Shown: one piece after another, positions 37,477 to 51,229 of the stretch | How the letters are laid out: each line of letters begins with the position of its first letter | How positions within the stretch are numbered: the stretch's first letter is position 1 | Assembly (NCBI RefSeq): GCF_018350175.1 | Contig: NC_058383.1 | Coordinates: 28,398,001 to 28,462,000, forward strand | Direction of reading: 5' to 3' | DNA from: Felis catus | Lineage: Eukaryota | Length of the DNA: 64,000 bases | The notes under the pieces: model-generated | Database searches by the model: none | Told to the model about the DNA's origin: nothing | Seen by the model: the letters and a program-made list of their open reading frames with translations, nothing else | Position numbers and translations under genes: made by a program

Positions 37477-38064
37477 AGGTTCTTGTGAAAATATCGAAAC
37501 ATCTGCCAACACTGGGCCTGTGTTCCCATATGTCAGCCATCCGTTTAGAGAGGGTATGAGTTTCCCAGGACTGGGGGCACTCATTTGTGTTCACTGCCTG
37601 GCCCTTGGGTCTGACTTTTCAACCTCTGGGATAGCTACCTCCAAGAGTGTTCTGAGTCAGGAATGGAGAACTCCATTCTGGAAGTTCCTGAGGGCAGGGA
37701 TCCAGGTGTACCTTGGAGACACCCCTCAAGCTAGAGGGTCTCAGGTACTGACCCCAAGTTACTGACAGAGCAGGTCAAACCCTACAAGTATGACCCAAGC
37801 TGGACCACTGCAGACCTGGAGCTGCCATTACCTTCAACAACCAGCAGAGGGAGCCTTGCAAAGATGGCTACATGGACATGTAATCTCGGGTTGTGACGCG
37901 ATGGTTCCTGGAGTTAGATACGTGTCATTGTTTAGAAAAACAAACAAACAAAAACATTTCTTTGAGGTCTCCCGTGATGGAAAAGTTAACAGTGATGATT
38001 CACATACCTTTTTAAGGAAGTTGAACATCACAAAGTTGCAGCATTCATGGCATTTGGGGGTGCT

Positions 38065-38460
38065 TTGGGTTGCAAAAAACTCCCACGTAGCAACCAATTA
38101 AAGCGGCTTAAACAATAGGAGTTTATTATCTCACGTAACAAGAAGAGAACAGGTGGACGATTTCAGGGTTAGTTAATCCAGCAGCTCAAAAACAGACCTC
38201 TCTGGGATTTTCTTGGCTTCTCCCTCATGGTTACAAGATGGCAGCCATAGCTCCAGATATCATGTCTTCATGTGATGATAGCGGAACGCATGAAGGAAGT
38301 GGAAGGCTAGGTTCTTTTTTCCATGTCTCTTTTTTTTACCCGGGAGAAAAATCTTTTCCAGAAATTCCTCAGCAGGCATCCCCTTATATCTCATTAATTA
38401 AAACTTGGTCACATGCCGACCTCTAAACCCAGGGTTGGCAAACAGGACCAGGACCTTCAT
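38065..38460. mobile_element. Old MaLR LTR (MLT1J/K-like)
   Basis: ggcttaaacaataggagtttattatctcacgtaacaag; caagatggcagccatagctccag. Confidence 0.65.
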
Positions 38461-39015
38461 AATTGGTTCAGACTATTCCTGGCTCTTTCCTGGAGCTGAG
38501 GGAGCTCCCACAAGCCCATTTTTTTTCTGAATACTGGAATGAAATGAAATTCCATTAGCGAAGGGGAAGGGAAAGTCACAGGTAAGCACTGCCACAGTGC
38601 TCTTAAAATACATGTGTGTAAGTTAAAAAAAGAAAACCTTTAATATTTTATGTTCATTCTAGAAAAAATAAAAACATGTACTTAAGCTAATGAGAATATA
38701 CCAGCACCCATAATTCTTTCACCCAGAGGTCACCACCATTAACCTTTGGTATGCAGCCTTTCGTGTGGTAACTGAGCTGAAAGGCTTGAAATGAAGGGAG
38801 TTTGGAGTTTCTGAAAATAACTGATTCCAGAGAAAAAAGGTCACTTACAACAGGGACCAAAGTTTCACTGGAAGGGGTGGGGGGGGAGACGTTTTGACTG
38901 GGCTGGGGCAATGACATTGCAAATTGTAAATTTATTTTATCTGCATACGATAGGAATTTGGCTATAATTGGAACTAGATGCCAATTCTTACATTGAGTAT
39001 AAAATTAAGAGCTGA

Positions 39016-39044
39016 TTTTTTTTAATGTTTATTTATTTTTGAGA

Positions 39045-39084
<40 letters not shown>

Positions 39085-41814
39085 AGGGAAGGGGTAGAGA
39101 GAGAGGGAGACAAAGGATCCGAAGTGGGCTTTGTGCTGACAGCAGACAGCCCAATGCAGGGTTGGAACTCACGAACCGTGAGATCATGACCTGAGCTGAA
39201 GTCGGACGCTTAACGGACTGAGCCCACCCAGGCGCCCCAGGGTTGATATTTTTTAACCTTTTTTTTTTTCTTTTTGGACAAAATCACGTGAGAGCATATC
39301 GCAGCATTCCTCACGTCGTGTTTGATCTCTGCAGCACCAGCTAAAGAGGATAATTTTTGCAGACTTATTAGAGTTTTCCCAAGTGTTCTTTTGTTTCGTT
39401 GTTCTTAAAATACTACCATGTTGTCGTTCGCGGTGACTCTGTGGTCATAATTTAGTTGTGAACGGACGTGACTTCCTTCGTGGCGAGCTCATTGACCTCG
39501 CGACACATTGCACCTTCAGGGCAATTGTCTGTTGTGCATGGCTGCTGCTTTGTTGTGTGTGTGTGTGTGGATGATGGTGGGTGCTGACACCCAGTCATCG
39601 GCAAGATAAAGCTGCTGAGTTGGATAAGAGGCAGTGACGGGGACCAGAGAGGGCTGCTTCAGTGGGGTCTGGTTTCCTAAGTGGTGAACTCATCGAAGAA
39701 TATTTCTGTGTCGGGATCATTTGGCTTCCGCAGACAACCTCCCCTCCCGACTGTGGGGCACTGTAATACTCGATGACGGGGATCCCCATGTCAATACATT
39801 CCATTCCCTGCGGGCTCTACATTTTGACACAAAATCACATAGTGAGATGGAAAATGACTCAGAAGCGTTGGCACATCTTAACCCCCAAGGGAAATCCATT
39901 AACTGTGAGCACGCCCATCCGTAAAAGATAAACTGTTGAGTGTGAATGTTAATCAGCAGTTGCTACTTAGGCGTTCATTTTGGCATTACCTGGTCCTTTC
40001 TGGAAAACTGGCAATGATAGAATCCGATGAAACAGATCATGGGAAAAAAGTGGAAGCCTTGGGAAAAAAACCTACTTCTCTCTAAAGGGGAAATTTGGTT
40101 TTTGCAAAGGAAGGTGTAGGCCCAGTTTGTGACTCCGTTGATGAATATTGCTGTCCCAGTCTGTAAGGTCATTCGGCCGGGAGCCACAAGGAGCTTTCTG
40201 TCTTTTATTTTTGGTTTGTTTTAATGTTTATTTACTTTTGAGAGACAGAGAGAGACAGAGAATGAGCAGGGGAGGAGCAGAGAGAGAGGGAGAAACAGAA
40301 TCAGAAGCAGGCTCCAGGCTCCGAGCTGTCAGCACAGAGCCCGACGCGGGGCTTGAACCCACGAACCGTGAGATCATGACCAGAGCCAAAATTGGGCGCT
40401 TAACCGCCTGAGCCACTCAGGCGCCCCGAGCTTTCTGTCTTGTTGGAGACATAAAGCAAGCAACTGTGGCTTCCTCCTCCACAAGGTTTTTGTAGAACAA
40501 GATGGGGTGTGAAGAGGTGGGTTGGGATGGATAACACGTGTGGTGAATGTAGAATGTAATCTTTGAATGTGTTACATGAGTGATCCCTTAAGTTCCTGAG
40601 GACCCCTCAACTGCCTAAGAGCCAGACTGTATCCTTGTCTGCCTATTCATTTCTGTATCTCCAGCATACCTACTGGTGCCCAGCATATAGAAGCTGCTCA
40701 GTTAATACTTGTTGATAATTAATGGATGTACTTAATCACTAACTCTTCCCCAGATTCTCCTTTCTAAATGTGCTAATCCCCCTTCACTATGTCTAGATAT
40801 GTGTTGGGGACCCTACTTACAGCTTCTCCTTGAAGGTGGTTGCAGCTGGAGCCTTCTGAGCTGCCCTGGCTACCCTCCATGACTGGTAGCTGACATCTGA
40901 GACCTTCCTAACCATGCTTGGAATTCACTTCACTGCTCTCTTGGTGGATTCCTTGGCCCTGGTTTCATGCCTTCCTCTTCCTTGATTTGCTGTGCTGTTT
41001 AAATGGAGCACCTTTTCTAGTACCTTCTCAAGAAAGGATGTGTATGAGGCAGATTGAGATCCTGCATATCTCATCTGAAGACTTGATACTTCTCTAATAT
41101 GTGATGGCTAGTTTAGCTGGGTTTAAAATTTCAAGCAACAAATAGTTTTCTTTCAGAATTTTGAAGGCATCGCTTTACAGTTTTCTAGCTTGTGTCATTT
41201 TTGAGAAGATAAAAGCCAATTGGATTCTTTTTAAAAATTTTTTTTTAACATTTATTTATTTTTGAGACAGAGAGAGGCAGAGCATGAATGGGGGAGGGGC
41301 AGAGAGAGAAGGAGACACAGAATCGGAAGCAGGCTCCAGGCTCTGAGCCATCAGCCCAGAGCCCGACGCGGGGCTCGAACTCACAGACCACGAGATTGTG
41401 ACCTGGCTGAAGTTGGACGCTTAACCAACTGCGCCACCCAGGCGCCCCAGCCAGTCGGATTCTTAATCGTTTGTGTGTGACCAATTTATTCCCCTCCTTC
41501 TCTGGAGGCTTTTAGACCCTTCTTTATCCCCCTGTTCATGATGATGGGATTTATCATGGATCTGTTTTCACCCATTGTGCTGGAGACTTCATGGACCCTC
41601 TTAATCTGTAAACTCATGGCCTTAAGTTCTGGGACATTTTCGTGAATTACTTCCTTGATGATTTATTTCTTCTCTGTATTCGCTGTTCTGCTTCTCTAGA
41701 AGTTTTCTCATGTCCAGAATTGAACTCTGGCACTATCCCTTTTTCATCTTCTTATCCTTTTCTGGACACTTTCCTCAACTTTGTCTTACAAACCTTCCAT
41801 TAAATTTTAATTTC

Positions 41815-41851
<37 letters not shown>

Positions 41852-42262
41852 AATTTCTAAGAACTCTATTTTGTTTCCTGAATCTTTCTTATAGCATTTT
41901 TTCCCCATGTGATGTGATGTCCTTTTCCTTGGAGGATTCGTCTCCATGTTGAGTCTGTTACCTCCAGGATGGTTCTTTTCCTATTGACTTATTTCCATTT
42001 CTGTCTGACATATTAATAGCTTTTTTCAGAAGTTTGCTGATTCTTGGCTCTCTGTGCATCAGGGATGCATCAGTGCATGGGCACCACAGCAGTGATGGGC
42101 GCTGTGAACTTGCACGAATAGCTTGCCGGGGATGAGCTTGGCTATTCCCTGGGGCCCTTCTAGCTGCTCTTTGCGTCTTTCCTTGGGCTGATCACATTTT
42201 TCAGGGAAGATTTGTGTTGTCTTCTGCCTGGAGGGTCAAGATCTGTCCACAGTCATTTTGGT

Positions 42263-42322
<60 letters not shown>

Positions 42323-43930
42323 CGCGCGCGCGCACAGGTGCGAGCAAGTGAGAGGGGGAGGGGCAGTAGGGGGAGAGAGAGAATCCCAAGCGGGCTCTGT
42401 GCCAACAGCAGAGCTCAGCATGGGGCTCAATCCTATGAACCGTGAAATCATGACCTGAGCCAAAATCAAGAGTCAGATGCTTAACCCACTGAGCTGCCCA
42501 GGCGCCCCTGTGTACCAGTATTTTGAAACTCAAGAGGCTAAGGGCTTCAAACTGTGGAATGAAACTTGCACGTTTTCCTTTCCACATGGTCCCTGGTGCA
42601 CCCCAGGCCAGAGGCTCTCTGTTTAATGCTCTCCAGAGAATAAAATCTGCCCCTTTCTGTGGGCTGTGGGAAGGGCAGCCATTTGGCTGCAGGGAGTGTG
42701 GAAGGTATCTGGCTTTTCCAGCAGCTTCTCAAGCTGACGTTGAGCTCATCCTCATGTTTATAAGTGCCCCTTCACCCATTCTTCCAGAGACCCCCTGGTG
42801 CAGCTGGTTACTGAGGTTTGGCCAGTGGAGGGGGAGAGGGAGGATGCACAGGGGATTCTGGGATGAAATCACATTTCTTCCAGTCTTCTCCATTGTCAGC
42901 TCACACTTCTTCCCTGGGACTGCCATCACTCATCCTGTTTTCTGGCTTCCCAGATTTCGTTGCTATTTACTCTCTCCTCTCCGGTTCATTTCACCCGCTC
43001 CACGTGTGTTTGAAAAATCCCTTTACTGTCATTTCACTCAGGTTTGGGGAGGAAGGAGCCTAAATGCATGTGTTCAACCCACTCTCCTTCAATGGAAACT
43101 CTCTCAAACCTTCTTTTCCAAAGTGGTGATAAGGATAATAGTGGATTTTTATTGTGTGCTTGCCCTATGTTTTCTGGGAATATTCTCTATCAACCCTTAC
43201 CCCAAACCTACAAGGCAGACAGAACCAGATTAAGATCTTTAAAATGAAACCTTGGGGTGCCTGGGTGGCTCAGTTGGTTGAGCGTCCAACTTCAGCTCAG
43301 GTGGTGATCTCCCAGTTCGTGAGTTTGAGCCCCACATCAGGCTCACTGTTGTCAGCCCGGAGCCTGCCTCAGATCCTCTGTCTCCCTCTCTCTCTGTCCC
43401 TCCCTTGCTTGCGCTGTCTCTCTCAAAGTAGATAAACATTAAAAAAAAATAATAAAATCAAGCCTTGAAACTATTATAGTGCCCACATATGTAATCTAGA
43501 ATACAAGCAATACTAAATTATAAAGCCAGGAAGGCCAACAAAGTTTTTATGTTTCCCCATAACATTTTCCTTCCTGGTTTTCATGAAACAGCAAATACTG
43601 TGCCCTTCCAAAATTTTTCATTATTTTTCCCTTCATTCCTTCCTGTGTGTGCATGTGCATGTGGGCCTGTGGTTATGTGAGTTGTCAGATAATCCAACAT
43701 GGGAAGTGGGTGCTAATATTAAATTTTTTTAAATGTTTATTTATTTTTGAGAGGGGGGGGGAATGAATGAGTGCAGGAGGGGCAGAGAGAGGGAGACAAA
43801 GAATCCGAAGCAAGCTCCAGGCTCTGAGCTGTCAGCACAGAGCCTGACGCAGGTCTCGAACCCACAAATCGTGAGATCATGACCTGAGCTGAAGTCAGAC
43901 GCTTAACCGACTGAGCCACCCAGGTGCCCC
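39016..43930. mobile_element. Can-SINEs 39016-39238(-), 40203-40427(-), 41228-41448(-, young), 42265-42508(-), 43254-43455(+), 43722-43930(-), with an old antisense L1 relic ~40950-42050
   Basis: Heads and tails read directly; the T-rich degenerate L1 relic is less certain. Confidence 0.8.
41817..41849. repeat. (TG)n microsatellite
   Basis: Direct reading. Confidence 0.95.
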
Positions 43931-45891
43931 AAGCGGGTGTCATTAGTAGCCTCCTTTTATAGCTGGGGAAACTGAGGCTCAGAGAGGAGAAGAACTTGCC
44001 AAAAGTCCCAAACATGTCAGAGCTGGATTTGAACTTGGGTTTATCTGACGCCCAAGCTGAAGGCTCGCCTGGTCAGTGGGGGGCTCCAGCTGCTGCACTG
44101 AGCCCCTGACTGTACCCCCATGGAAGGTTGTTTGCTCCTAGACGGTCTGTCTTATTACCGGTCAGGGTGTTGAAGCCCGGGCTGCCTAGGACAGTTTGTT
44201 GACTGGGGCAAATTAACATGATACATGTGGGGAAAACACCACCCTTGACGTAGCACTTTGGGTCTCCCGCCTCCCCTGCAGTGGTTTGCAGGTGGGGGTG
44301 GGGGGGAAGAGTGTGGAGGGTGCATAGGATTTCATTCTGATGTGCTGAGTACAGCCCTCAGGATGTGTTACCCCATGCAAGATCGCGTCTGGACGCGTTT
44401 TGTCCTTGCGTAATTAGCACCAAGCGGCCACTCTCAGGGGATTAGAAAAGAAACAACAGCCAGCTGGCCTCTGTCAGCTCAAACCCTCTTTAAGCTGGAG
44501 AGCCATCTGGGAGGTGGGGTGACCTAACCTCTAGGCTCTCTTGCTTTGCAAGTTCCCACACTCAGTCGCATCGCTCTGTCCGTGGTTGGCGGGCCCTGGG
44601 GGGTGGGGGGCAGCTCAGGGTCACCAACCCCCCCCCCCAAGGGCTGCTCTGCAAACTTGGCAGAGAGAGGAAGGGCACCCATGTCCCCTCCACCCCCCGC
44701 CCCTGCCCCGGCTCACTGCTCTGTAAAGCCTGCATGGTTCGGCCCTCTCCAGCACCACGCAGGGCAGCACCCTCCCGCAGAACAGCCTCCCCGTTGGACA
44801 AAAAGGAGACTCAGCGTACCAGGTGACTTGGCCCTTGAGCCCTTGTGCAGCTGGAGATGTCACCCTCTGCCACCCTCAAAACATTGATTTTTCCCTCGGC
44901 GGTGGTGTGGTACCAGAGTGCCGTTGCCCCCATTTAACAGACCAGGAAACTGAGGCCCCAGGAGGCTAAGGGACTAGCTTGGGCCTTCCCATTAGAAAGG
45001 GCCGGACCTGGCCTAATACCCCATCCTCTTGGGACAGAATCACTGCCGTCTAGACGCCTTGGCAGGCTCACTATTTTGGATGACGTTGATGATGGCCCTG
45101 GTGACGATCCTAGCGAGCGCTGCGTTCTCCGACGTGCCGTGGGTTAATTGTCAGCTTTGTGCATCCAGTCTGACATCACTGTTCCATATCCTTGAAGGGT
45201 ATGGATTTTTATCCCTCTTCTCCTCAAAAGAACAGTGTCTTGCCCAAGAGGCGGGACCAGGAAGTCATGTCAAGTCGTTTTGCTCCAGAGACCATGTTCC
45301 TACAATGCGCCCCCAGAGAGGGGACCGGATGCGTGGTCTTCGGCCTCTTGGAGATTTTGTCGCGGCTCTGTGTCTGGCCTGGCAGGGCGGTGGGGGGGTG
45401 GCTCCATCTGCCTGACTCGGTCCTCACTGACACGCCGTGACCAAGCAAGGTCGGTGCTGAGTTGTCATGGGCAGTTCATGTTCTTTGCCAGGAAATGCGG
45501 AAGCATAGAGGATCGTCCGATGAGCCTTTTAGGGACCGCCCTGTGGTGTCTTACACGGAGGGGAGAGAGCTAGGGAGAGTTTGTTTATTTTTTAACAAGC
45601 AGTAAATACTGAGTTGAAGGAGCAGGCATGCTCAAGGGACTTGGGGAGCTCTGGGTGATAATCGCTGATGAGAAACGCACGCTCCGGCCTCCTCCTCCCT
45701 CTCTGTCCTCCCAACCCCAGAGGAAATCCCTGGTCGCCTTTGATTCAACAGTGTTAACCGAGGCCCCGCTGTGGAGGGGTGGGCTGGTGAGGGGGGGCAC
45801 AGTCTACTCCGTGGGGACAGACAAGGGGAGGGAGACGCAGGTATTCATCAAATCATTGCACAAACACACGTGCTATATAAGGGACTTCCAG

Positions 45892-46635
45892 GGGGACGCC
45901 TGGGTGGCTCAGTCGGTTAAGCCTCCGACTCTCGATCTCAGCTCCGGTGGTGATCTCACGGTTTGTGGGATCGAGCCTTGTGCTGGGCTCTGTGCTGACC
46001 GTGAAAATATCGGTCTTCCCGCGTCCCACCCGACAACTGGCCACGTCTGCTGTTAAAGATGCCAGAGCCTGCTTCGGATTCTGTGTCTCCCTCTCTCTCT
46101 CTGTCCTTCCCCTGCTAACCCTCTGTCTCTCTCTCAAAATAAATAAAGATGAAAAATTTTCTTTTTAAAAAAAAAAATTTTTTTAACGTTTATTTATTTT
46201 TGAGACAGAGAGAGACAGAGCATGAACGGGGGAGGGTCAGAGAGAGGGAGACACAGAATCGGAAGCAGGCTCCAGGCTCTGAGCTGTCAGCACAGAGCCC
46301 GACGCAGGGCTCGAACTCACGGACCGCGAGATCATGACCTGAGCTGAAGTCGGACGCTCAACCGACTGAGCCACCCAGGCGCCCCAAGATGAAAAATTTT
46401 CTTTAAAAATTAAAAAAGAAAAGACGCCAGACCTGGGGCGCCTGGGTGGCTCAGTCAGTTAAGCATGTGACTCTTGATTCCGGCTCTGGTCGTGATCTCA
46501 CAGTTCATGGGTTCAAGCCCCACGTCAGGCTCTGCACTGGCAGTGAGGAGTCTCCTTGGGATTCCCTCCCTCTCTCCCCTTTTCTCTGCTCCTCCCTGCT
46601 CGCTTCCTCTCTGTCAAAATAAGTAAACAAACAAA
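45892..46635. mobile_element. Nested Can-SINE cluster (5' half +, 3' half +, full -, full +)
   Basis: TSD aagatgaaaaattttcttt at 46146-46164 and 46386-46404; see findings. Confidence 0.85.
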
Positions 46636-47799
46636 AAGATGCCAGAGCTTTGGGTAGGTCTGGAAAATTCCTGCTGGGTCTTGCATGAACCCTCAGAGTA
46701 TGTCTCTTCCCACTCAGAATCTCTTGCTGCCCACTCTGCTGGGGGAGAAGGTGGCAGACCAAGACCAGAGAAAGAGAAGGGCCCTGACCTCCAGGGTGGT
46801 GCGTTCGGGCATCAGCTCCTGAGCTGGGTTCAAATCCCTGTTCTGCCGATGCACCCACTCCTTTGTGCCCCAGTTTCCTCTCTTGCCCCGTGAGGCTAAT
46901 CACTGTGCCCACCCCAGTTGTTGCAAGGGTTCACAAGTGCACAGGGAACACGGTGCCTGTTCACAGCAGGTGTAGTAAGCATTAGCTGTCATGCCAGGGC
47001 CCGCAGTTGAGGCCCAGCACTGACATTCACCGTGGGTCTGGAATCCCCCGACAACGGCCTTCACACGTGGCACTAGGGGGGCTCCTTCTCTTCTGCACAC
47101 GGTGGGGCCTGTGTCCTCCCTTCTTGACTGGCTGCGGTGAGGGGCGGCGGGGTGGGTAGTGGTGACCCTACAGGGACACGGGCTTGGCCGCTGCCCTCTC
47201 GCTGGGTCCCACAGCAGCCTGGCATGGGAAGGAAAAGAAGCAGTGAGCCTGGGTCTGTTTTCTCCTTTTATGGTCAGCCTGCAGGCCTCTGGCTTCCCAG
47301 CCATAAACCACGAGCTCGTGTTTGGGATCGGGCCGAAATAGCTGGTCTGTGGGGGGCTGGGCGTCCCCTGAGAATCTTCAGGCCAGCTTCGGGGGAGGGA
47401 CCTCTGGAGCCCGTCATCTGCTCGGAAATCTCACTCGCGGACTTGCACGCCCAAGGCCGGACCCCGAGTGTGGGGGAGGGAGGGGCGTGCAGGGGTGCGT
47501 GTGAGGTGAGGGGAATGCCGGGTCTCTGGGCTGAGCGACCTTGGCATGCCAGCCCCGGCCCTGCAGATCTCTGCTCCCGGGGACGGTGTCCCTTCCATCT
47601 CTGACCTACTGTGGCCCAGGCCCCGTGCTTGAGATGCTCTGCTGTTTTGGTGTCTCCTCCTGGGGAAACGCTACACGTCTTTCTCCAGGTAGCGCAGAAT
47701 CGCTTCAGCTAAGAAGATTGGTTGGCTCTCAGGCAGCTGCCAAGCTAGTTGTCTTGCACAGTATTTTGGGCAAATACCCGTCGTAGGATCTGCTCGCTT

Positions 47800-48939
47800 T
47801 ATGTATTTATTTATTTTTTAATGTTTTAAATGTGTATTCCTTTTTTGAGAGAGAGAAACAGAGTGTGAGCAGGGGAGGGGCAGAGAGAGAGGGAGACACA
47901 GAATCCGAAGCAGGCTCCAGGCTCCGAGCCGTCAGCACAGAGCCCGACGCGGGGTCTGAACTCGTGAACCGTGAGATCACGACCTGAGCCAAAGTCAGAC
48001 GCTTAACCGACTGAGCCACCCAGGTGCCCCCAGCATTTCCTCACTTCCTGAAGTCATTGCTCTACCCATGTGACTCCCACACTGGATCATCAGTCTCTCA
48101 AAAGCACACTGAGTAGGTCTTAGTGAACTTGAGGTTTCCGGTGGCTGCCACACAGTCGGGGGTCAGGACTTGTTTGCCAAGGGGTTATGTGAACACAGAC
48201 ATAAGTGTTTCCCATTGCTTCGGTCTCAGCTGCCTTAGAGAGAGCGAGATGCCAATCAGTAAGCATTTCTTGAGTACCTCCTGTGTGTCCGGCGTTGTTC
48301 CCGGCCCCCGGAATCAGGGCCAGCCCTTGACCTCCAGCAGCTCACAGGCTAGTAGGAGAAGTGTGAAAAGCAGTTTTGAAACCTCCGAAAAATGAATAGC
48401 TCTGTTGAAGGAGTCCGATCTCTTAATTCAGAGATGGTGTAAAATTAACATAGTGTTTTTTAAAAAAAATTTTTTTTCAACGTTTATTTATTTTTGGGGG
48501 GACAGAGAGAGACAGAGCATGAACGGGGGAGGGGCAGAGAGAGAGGGAGACACAGAATTGGAAACAGGCTCCAGGCTCCGAGCCATCAGCCCAGAGCCCG
48601 ACGCGGGGCTCGAACTCACGGACCGCGAGATCGTGACCTGACTGAAGTCGGACGCTTAACCGACTGCGCCACCCAGGCGCCCCAACATAGTGTTTTTAAA
48701 AAGGTTTACTGTGGTATGCTTTACTTATTTGTAAAACATTTATTTATATTGACAGAGAGAGAGCATGTGTGTATGGACTCATGTGAACGTGAGCAGAGGA
48801 GGGGCAGAGAGAGAGGGAGAGGGAGGGAGAGCTGTCAGCGCGGAGCCCAACTCGGGGCTCTGTCCCATGAACCGCAAGATCTTGACCCGAGCTGAAATCA
48901 AGAGTTGGACACTGAACCAACTGAGCCGCCCAGGTGCCC
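47800..48939 (-). mobile_element. Can-SINEs 47800-48030, 48456-48683 (young, TSD aacatagtgtttttaaaaa), 48735-48939
   Basis: Direct reading. Confidence 0.9.
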
Positions 48940-49779
48940 CACAGCACCATCTAATTTTATATTTCTCTCACCCCAAGAAGAAATGGTGTGCCCATGGGTA
49001 GTCACTTCCCAGTCGTGCCTCCAGTTCGACAGGATGCCTCGTCTACTTTCTGTGTCTCTAGATTTGCCTGTTCTGGAAATATCCTATCTGTGGAATGAAT
49101 GAGACACTATGTGGTCCTGGGTGCCTGGCCTCTTGCCCTGAGCGTCATGGCTTCCTTCAGGCTTTATCCACATTGTGTCCAGTGTCAGGGCTTTATTTCT
49201 TCTTTATGGCTGAGCGATACTCCATTGTATGGATGCACCGCATTTGGGGTATCCATTTAGCAGTCGACAGATGTCTTTATTGTCTCTACTTTGGGGCTAT
49301 TATAAATAATACAAAGTAGCATAAGTTTTACTAAGGCGGAAGAGAAAAATTCTGCCTGCTACATGGCCCATTACTATTCCAGATAATCTGTACCCTTCCC
49401 CGCTAAGAACTATTGAGGTTGAAACAATGATCACAGTGAAATTAAGTGCTACAGCGGAGGGAACTTTTGGACTGTCACAGCCAGGGCCACCACTAGGTCA
49501 TGTGGTGCCCTTATAGAAATAGAAAAAGGCACCCCTTTCTCAAGGCACTTTTCCTTCATCTGCTGCCACATTGTTTTAATAAATATACAAATCTATAATG
49601 ACCAGTGTGAATGGTTCCCCTTAGAGTTATGCAGTGTACAACTTGAACCCCTGCCCCTGGCAGCCCCAGACGGGGCATGCAGTTGAAAGGCCTCCAACTG
49701 AAGTGCAGGGAGGTATAGTGTCAGAGAAAATCATAGAGGAGGTGACTTTCAAGGTGCCATTTCAAGAATGGATTGGGGT

Positions 49780-50245
49780 GTGTACCCCAAAGAATTGAAA
49801 ACGAGCACTCGAGTGAAAATTTGTGCTTGGATGTTGAGAACAGTACTATTTACAACAGCTCAGAGGTAGAAACAACCCAAGTGCCCATCAATGGATGAAT
49901 GGATACGCAAAATGTGCTCTACTCGTACAGCGGAATGTTATTCAGTCCTGAGAAGGAATGGGATTCTGATACATATCACAACAGGGGTGAACTTCGCAAA
50001 CATCGTGCCAAATGAAAGAAGCCAGACACAGGAGGCTCCATACTGTACCACTGTATTTACATGAAGTGACTGCTAGCAGGTGTGGGAGGTATGGCGTGAA
50101 GGGTGCCTCCTGAATGGGTAGGGGCTTTATTTGGGGCTAGTTTTGGAACTAGATGTGCGCAATGCTGTGAATGGACCACATGCCCCCGAATCATTTGCTT
50201 CATTCGGTTAATTTTGTGTTATGTGAATTTCACCTCAATGGGAAA
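49780..50245 (+). mobile_element. L1MB 3' fragment
   Basis: aaacaacccaagtgcccatcaatggatgaatggata...gttatgtgaatttcacctcaat. Confidence 0.8.
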
Positions 50246-51229
50246 AAGAAGAAGAAAGAGAACAGATCAGGCAGGAAGAGGGAGGCGTGAGCAGAAGAAG
50301 CAGGGAGTGCAGAGCTCGGAGGGGACCCTGCTCCCCGCGTTCAGAGGGCTCTGCTCTGTTGTGTCAGATACAAGCCCAGGCTCAGGAAGGAGGCGGGCCA
50401 GCCAGGAAGTCACGGGTCGGTACGCGGTGCCCGTTTCAAGCCCTCTTGGTGCCCGTAGCCGTCGCTCTATCAGCTTCCCACGCTTGGAGGCCGTGTGTTT
50501 CCGATGGGAATGTCTCCGGCCAGAGGTCCCCGGCAGCCCCCAGCGTGGAGCCTCCCTGGAAGCTTCTAAGCCTTCCCCTAGGACCTGCTGCCTCTCTCCT
50601 GGGGACCTTGCAGGGGAAAGGCCCCAGGACGGGCATCTGACCCTATAAATCTCCCAGGGCTGCCAGGAAAGTCTGCCTTTTCCCCTGAAGCAGAAGCATC
50701 GAGATAGCCCCTCCGTTGTTAGTCGCAGAATCATTCCTGAAAAGAGTGGAGGCTGTGCGGGCCAGCCCCAGGGCGGTCTCTCCCTGCCTGGCTCTGATCA
50801 CAGGCTTCTTGGTTCCTCTCCTCCATGCCTGCTTCCTCAGTCTGTGTTTAATGGGTTTCTTACTTTGCTGTGTTCCTGGGCAGATTCTCCTCCTGGGGGG
50901 AAGTTGGAGGCACAGACATCCGTATTCCCTGATTGCAGACCAAGGAGCCCGTGGTTGTGTCAATGCCGGGCACCTCCCTCTGCCGATCTCCCAGATATAA
51001 GGAGGGGTGACCCTGACTTCAGTCTCTCTCCACAGTGCCCTGGGGAGGCTGAAGGTTTTTTTTCTGTTCTTCCCCCGGACGAAGTACCACCAGTCCACAA
51101 GTGTGGGTTCTCCGAAGAAAGAGAAGAACGGTGCCGTGGCAAAAAAGCAAAGGGTTTGGAGTCCCACAGACCGTGGGTTTGAGTCCCAGCCTGCCACCTG
51201 CTAGCTGTGAAACCGTGTCCATTTTCTTT

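Noticed and set aside
42523..43233. 236-aa ORF
   Set aside because: Non-ATG start, no recognisable domain or splice-supported exon structure; lies in degenerate intronic sequence.
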